A stretch of 16,167 nucleotides of DNA, from the NCBI GenBank assembly GCA_027859005.1, contig JAQIBQ010000200.1:1-16167 (forward strand), in the 5' to 3' direction. Shown one piece after another: positions 15,901 to 16,167 of this stretch (position 1 is the stretch's first letter; each line of letters begins with the position of its first letter). The translations under genes were made by a program, and so were the position numbers. Source of the DNA: Prolixibacteraceae bacterium (lineage in GTDB: Bacteria; Bacteroidota; Bacteroidia; Bacteroidales; Prolixibacteraceae). A model generated the notes under the pieces. It was not told the origin of the DNA, made no database searches, and saw only the letters and a list, made by a program, of their open reading frames with translations.

Positions 15901-15986
15901 AGATGCAGCAAGAAATTGAAGTTCACCTACGCATTAAAAACGACCAAGAAAAAGGAAGTAGAATAAGTACAAGTTGGGAAAGTTAG
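12906..15986 (+). CDS. sbcC: Exonuclease SbcC (Rad50-like SMC ATPase)
   Basis: 1026 aa. Walker A GSVGCGKSS at 13008-13034. Very long coiled coil rich in K, E and Q. Zinc-hook CPLCG at 14445-14459. ABC signature LSGGQTF. Walker B FFFLDEGFGSLD. D-loop/H-loop ..GVISHV. Confidence 0.92.
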   Translation: MIPIQLTIQGLYSYQEKQTIDFTQLTAANLFGIFGSVGCGKSSILEAITFALYGKTDRLNLSGDNRNYNMMNLKSDELLIEFIFETGKAQTAYRATVAGKRNSKNFEDVKKLDRKAYKKIDNQWSPIDTDALEQAIGLSYENFKRTIIIPQGQFQEFLQLGNKDRTQMMKELFNLAKYEFFYKVTALESKNNAAKQNIEGQLQQLGAIDLEQVGLYKTQLAELEKELVSFNQALAKQQQFEKELQNIQQLTLKKTQIEKEYNLLLNQQEKHKKLENKIARYEEAQIKFKHQLDSLHTTNEKHESRGKQIKFDTTKLKEEQANIEKLTKLLDKIKPAYENREDLKKRANELTLLLQMKALSKTILEEEDRLTKGAQVCNETIKQFDKSKIEKQELEEKIKKTKKLLPDISLLSKIKTWFVEKNNLDKQLNETDKELVNYEADIKKLKGDLFKIQLHSIFKDLPKAADFADTMQYLNNYSMQIKVQQNKLIKEENHIPVKAQVKEYSKNLEDGKACPLCGSLDHPEMYKADEINEVLSRLEKNKQHLDKELEQLSTLVNQINQIENQSQLIIKQKQLVAEKKKAKQKQNEEHNKLFVWDKYKEEKKLNSAFRDADEVQKELKVLEKHQEEIAKRLDLEEKNKERFQTAVDKIKTSLTVHNTELKTISKQLKSIDTESYNETSASKIEEEKVGLLNEFARLEKEFNEKNTQLTEQTKAHNTLSGSLLANQNEWEQEKLTIAELNKQVQEQLQASSFDTLNEIKQLLAEPFDSKREKQKITQYNESLVRHKSQLDEIQKEIGNQVYDSEVHQKLQAQLLELKQLIDQKNQEQGKVSELLKKLEKDIENQSKLLKEKEQLDLRAENIKTMKGLFKASGFVNYISSVYLQNLCNAANDRFFQLTKQKLSLEITEDNNFLVRDFMNGGKTRNVKTLSGGQTFQAALSLALALADNIQKITESNQNFFFLDEGFGSLDKESLSIVFDTLKSLRKEKRIVGVISHVEEMQQEIEVHLRIKNDQEKGSRISTSWES

Positions 15987-16018
15987 CTTGTAGACAGACA
16001 TTCTTGCTAGAATGAAAT

Positions 16019-16167
16019 TATAAGGGTAATGTAAAAATAAACTGACTGCCAACACCTTGTTCGCTTTCTATCCATATTTTTCCGTTGTGCTTTTCGATAA
16101 ATTCTTTGCAAAGAATTAAACCTAACCCGGTTCCCTTTTCGCCATTAGGACCCAAGGTAGAATTGTT
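16019..16167 (-). CDS. Sensor histidine kinase, C-terminal HATPase_c end; partial, continues beyond the window
   Basis: The minus-strand translation ..[41 protein letters not shown] contains the G2 box GTGLGL and the usual C-terminal GxGSxFxFxLP. It is not in the ORF track because the start lies outside the window. Confidence 0.75.

Noticed and set aside
16000-16015. Hairpin CATTCT-tgct-AGAATG between the convergent sbcC and histidine kinase genes, as a possible bidirectional terminator.
   Set aside because: The stem is only 6 bp and AT-rich, with no U-tract on either side. That is not enough to call it.

Overview
AT-rich window that looks like it comes from a Bacteroidota chromosome. Support for this origin: a CarboxypepD_reg-type TonB-dependent receptor with no SusD partner, TAnnTTTG -7 promoter boxes 22-26 nt upstream of four start codons, a GxxExxY protein, and an AAA-ATPase relic ending in PLWLFGFLY. 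Gene order: a His-rich small membrane protein, a TonB-dependent receptor and a secreted TPR-like protein (369-4157); a TrmH/SpoU methyltransferase on the minus strand (4325-4786); a divergent SWIM + SNF2 helicase (4954-8769); a decayed stretch (8770-10138) holding a phased 33-bp palindrome array, a 5'-truncated AAA-ATPase relic, a duplicated queD 3' fragment and a frameshifted beta-barrel gene; a QueD/PTPS-family gene on the minus strand; sbcD and sbcC; and the 3' end of a histidine kinase on the minus strand. The most unusual feature is that sbcD and sbcC, which are normally adjacent, are separated by about 960 bp. This gap holds one GxxExxY (PD-(D/E)XK-like) gene sitting among about six related imperfect-hairpin repeat modules of roughly 105 nt. 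The second notable point is that two divergently transcribed neighbours (TrmH and SWIM-SNF2) each carry one in-frame TAA, with conserved domain sequence continuing in the same frame after it. A beta-barrel gene is also frameshifted at an A8 tract. All functional calls come from motif recognition by eye; no database search was possible.
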